Shown here one piece after another: positions 35,600 through 38,139 of a stretch of 38,139 nt of DNA. The stretch comes from Octopus bimaculoides (taxonomy: Eukaryota). Below the pieces are notes generated by a model. It searched no databases and had not been told where the DNA came from. It saw nothing but the letters and a program-made list of their open reading frames with translations. Numbering within the stretch: position 1 is the first letter of the stretch; each line of letters starts with the position of its first letter. The stretch lies in contig NC_068987.1 in the NCBI RefSeq assembly GCF_001194135.2, positions 39,558,780 through 39,596,918 on the forward strand, in the 5' to 3' direction. The position numbers and the translations under genes were made by a program.

Positions 35600-36987
35600 T
35601 TTGAACTAAAAGTTTATGTGTGAATGACATTCTTCGCTGCTTTTGTCTTCTAATGAAATTTCTGAGGAATTGGAAGTGGGTAGGGGCATGTTGGAAGCTT
35701 CTATGTGTGTTTGTGTAAGTGGTTGCGTTGTTGTTTTCGTTGATGTTGGTTGTTGATTGTTTGTGTGTGGTGTATTTGATATAGGGGAAGGGAAATCAGT
35801 TTTTGTATTTTCTTTTGTTTTTTCTGTTTCTTTAGTTCCTGCTGTTGTTGTTGTTGTTGGTGTCTTTCCAGATGCTGTTGTATGTTAATTTGTTGGTGTT
35901 GATGGCTTTGGTTAAGTGTGTTTCTTTTGTTGTACTCCCTTTGCTTGTCTTCTGTGTTGATGGTGGTGTGGGTAGTCAGGGTTCTTTTTTCCTTTCACTT
36001 TTTCCTTGTGGTTGTTGTTGTTTTTGCTGTTCCTTCGCTGTTGGGCATTTAGTTTTTAGGTGCTCTTCACTGCCACACAAGTAACAGCGAGGCCTCCTAC
36101 CTTCTACCACCACGTATAGGTTATGGCTGTCTGGCAGCTCAATTTGGTGTAGGATGCAATTGATTGAGTCCTGATCTATTTGCATCAGCAACTGAATGGG
36201 TTTTCCCAACCAATTTTGTTGCTCTAAGACATGTTGTAACAACAGCCATTGTGTCTCTACTTCTGGAGGGACATTTTTGATTGAGATTTTGGTCACACGT
36301 TGACCAAGGTATGTCAGAATCAAAATTAATTTCTCAGACTGTAGAGTGAGTTTGAGAGTTCTTTGGCTTTTTCTTTGCTGTTGAAGCAAACTTGTATTAT
36401 TACATATCACCAGTTCACACAATTCTTATATGCCCATACTGAACGCAAACATTTTTCAATCAGTTCCTGTGGTGCTTGCTCTGATCTGCGTGTTTTCACA
36501 TTAATGACTTTATACATGATTATTCTTTTTTGTGTGGTGTCAATGATATTTTGTGGGATGTTGAGGTGTAGATTTGAACCTTGCTGAGTTACGAGGGACT
36601 TTGCTTTATTTGTTCTGTTGTGAAGTGTAGTATAGTCTTTTTTTGTTTTAAAGCTTCTGCAAAATTTGATTTGTTTTTGTTGCTGTTGTCACTGGTAGTG
36701 GTGTCAGTAGCAGAGGAGGTAGTTGTAGCAGAAGAAGTTGTTGTAGTAGTAGTGTTGGTGTTGATGGCAGAGTTGCAGTCTTTGGTGGCGGTGATGGTAG
36801 ATGGCCTTGCAACATTAGTTTTGTTGTTGTTGTTGTTGTTGGTGGTGGTGGTGATAGTGGCATTCAAGCTGTCAGGTTCAGCAACTAATGGTAGTGGGAG
36901 GCTAAGAAATTCTTCCTTGGTGGTTTTTAGCTCCTCGCTAGCGTTCTGCATGACTTGCGTGCTGGCCTCATGGTTTGCAGTCGCCAT
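35600..36987 (-). pseudogene. Gag-like ORF1 (CCHC zinc knuckle) of an L1/Tx1-type non-LTR element, disrupted; no ORF2 downstream
   Basis: Starts AAAATGGCG at 36987 with a T/N/S-rich N-terminus and in-frame stops. A frameshift near 36350 joins CFNSKEKAKELS to GQRVTKISIKNVPPEVETQWLL...VVVEGRRPRCYLCGSEEHLKTKCP (CX2CX4HX4C), then a Q/K/T-rich tail. The clade call is inference. Confidence 0.7.
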
Positions 36988-37269
36988 TTTTAAAACAGAA
37001 AATGGCTAAAATGAATTGACAAAAGCCTTTGAAATTTTGGAAATTTCACCCACATAGGAGTGAAATCCTATGTAAATATTAATCAAGTTTGGAAGTGTTT
37101 GTTGTTGGACAACTTTTAAACACACAAAAATAGCCAACTTACATGGAGCCAGTTTGACTAGCATTAGGTAGGTAGGTAGGTAGGTAGGTAGGTAGATAAG
37201 ATAGATATATGTAAATTTCGTCTGACCCATGCAAATGTGGAAAAGTGTATATCAAATAAGGATATTTAA

Positions 37270-37470
37270 ATAATACACACACACACATATAGACAGACAC
37301 ATACACACTCACACATACAATTTTCATTTACTTTTTATCTAGCAAATCCACTCACAAGGTACTGGTCAGCTCAAGGCCACAGTAGAAGGCACTTGCCCAA
37401 GGTGCCATACGTAAGATATAACTCAGGACCAGAGAGTGACAAAGTAATCTTTCTACCGACACAGCCATGT
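37270..37470 (-). mobile_element. CORE-type tRNA-derived SINE with (GT)n tail
   Basis: Reverse complement: CATGGCTGTGTCGGTAG...GGCACCTTGGGCAAGTGCCTTCTAC...CCTTGTGAGTGGATTTG. CCTTGGGCAAGT is the CORE signature. Confidence 0.75.
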
Positions 37471-38095
37471 ATGCATCTGTCTGGCCACTAATATTGCTTG
37501 ACCAATTTTGTAAAATAACTGAAACCAATACACTTACTGCACATGATAAACCTTAAGACAGCTGTCTTTATAAGGAACATCATTTATAATATATAACTAA
37601 TATTACATAAAAAACAGTCAGACTCCAAGACTGTTTTAGTTTAGACTAAAATTCTTGCTGATCTTTGGATGATCAACCTCAGATGACCTATCAATTACTG
37701 GTAAGTGTACAGCAGATTATAGTTAGATGATATCAGCTTCTTGCCAATGTACAATGGATAACACTTAAATTATAATCAGCTTCTTGTAAGTGTATTACAG
37801 ACTAGCAGTATAACCCAACCTTGTCCGGGTGTGACTTATTACACCATCTATGATAAGTCTTGCTAGGTGAAAATCAACTAAAAAAGAAAGCCTTACAACG
37901 AAAAAACCCCTATGATGTAAATATGTTCATAATTCAAAAGACGATGAAATTAATAGGGAAATTCTGAAGGCTGTTTTGCGTAAAATTATTAAGCGTACAT
38001 AAATTTCATCCGTCTAATTGGCTATACAAATGCTTTTGCAAAACAACTTTTTGCGCTGCCCTGATTATACATAGCAGGGTAATCCTTTTTTGCAG

Positions 38096-38139
38096 GACGG
38101 CAATTTGTGATGAAGCAATTGCTGGCGATCAGTTTTGCC
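38096..38139 (+). CDS. Candidate host exon with possible start codon (ATG at 38110; MKQLLAISFA..., signal-peptide-like), running off the window
   Basis: CCTTTTTTGCAG|G acceptor, CTGAT branch-point-like motif at 38061-38065, purine at -3 of the ATG, locally retained CpGs. Only 10 codons are visible. Confidence 0.3.

Noticed and set aside
36581-37009. 142-aa hydrophobic plus-strand ORF (also 35845-36084)
   Set aside because: Antisense shadow of the low-complexity T/N/Q-rich ORF1 on the minus strand.

Overview
AT-rich eukaryotic (animal) genomic DNA from a gapped draft scaffold with seven N-runs. The repeat content (Nin- and CORE-type tRNA-derived SINEs, RTE tails ending in (GAT)n, dense microsatellites) suggests a cephalopod such as octopus; this is inference. 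I found no intact host gene. The window is mostly decayed mobile elements: three mariner copies, one DD37D (maT) element, RTE LINEs, a HERO/NeSL-type 3' end, three R4/Dong-type non-LTR copies all tied to (TAA)n tracts, Penelope-like fragments, an internally deleted Gypsy element with both LTRs plus a related solo LTR, and a gag-like CCHC ORF1 with no ORF2. The main unexplained structure is a set of five independent inverted repeats (132 bp to 1.5 kb, one centred on a (TA)n tract) and a strongly structured ~280-bp direct repeat with a double-hairpin spacer. A possible host exon (3' splice site followed by ATG and MKQLLAISFA) starts in the last 44 bases. I cannot demonstrate a new biological system from sequence alone. 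All identities are by-eye estimates and element boundaries are approximate unless termini are quoted.
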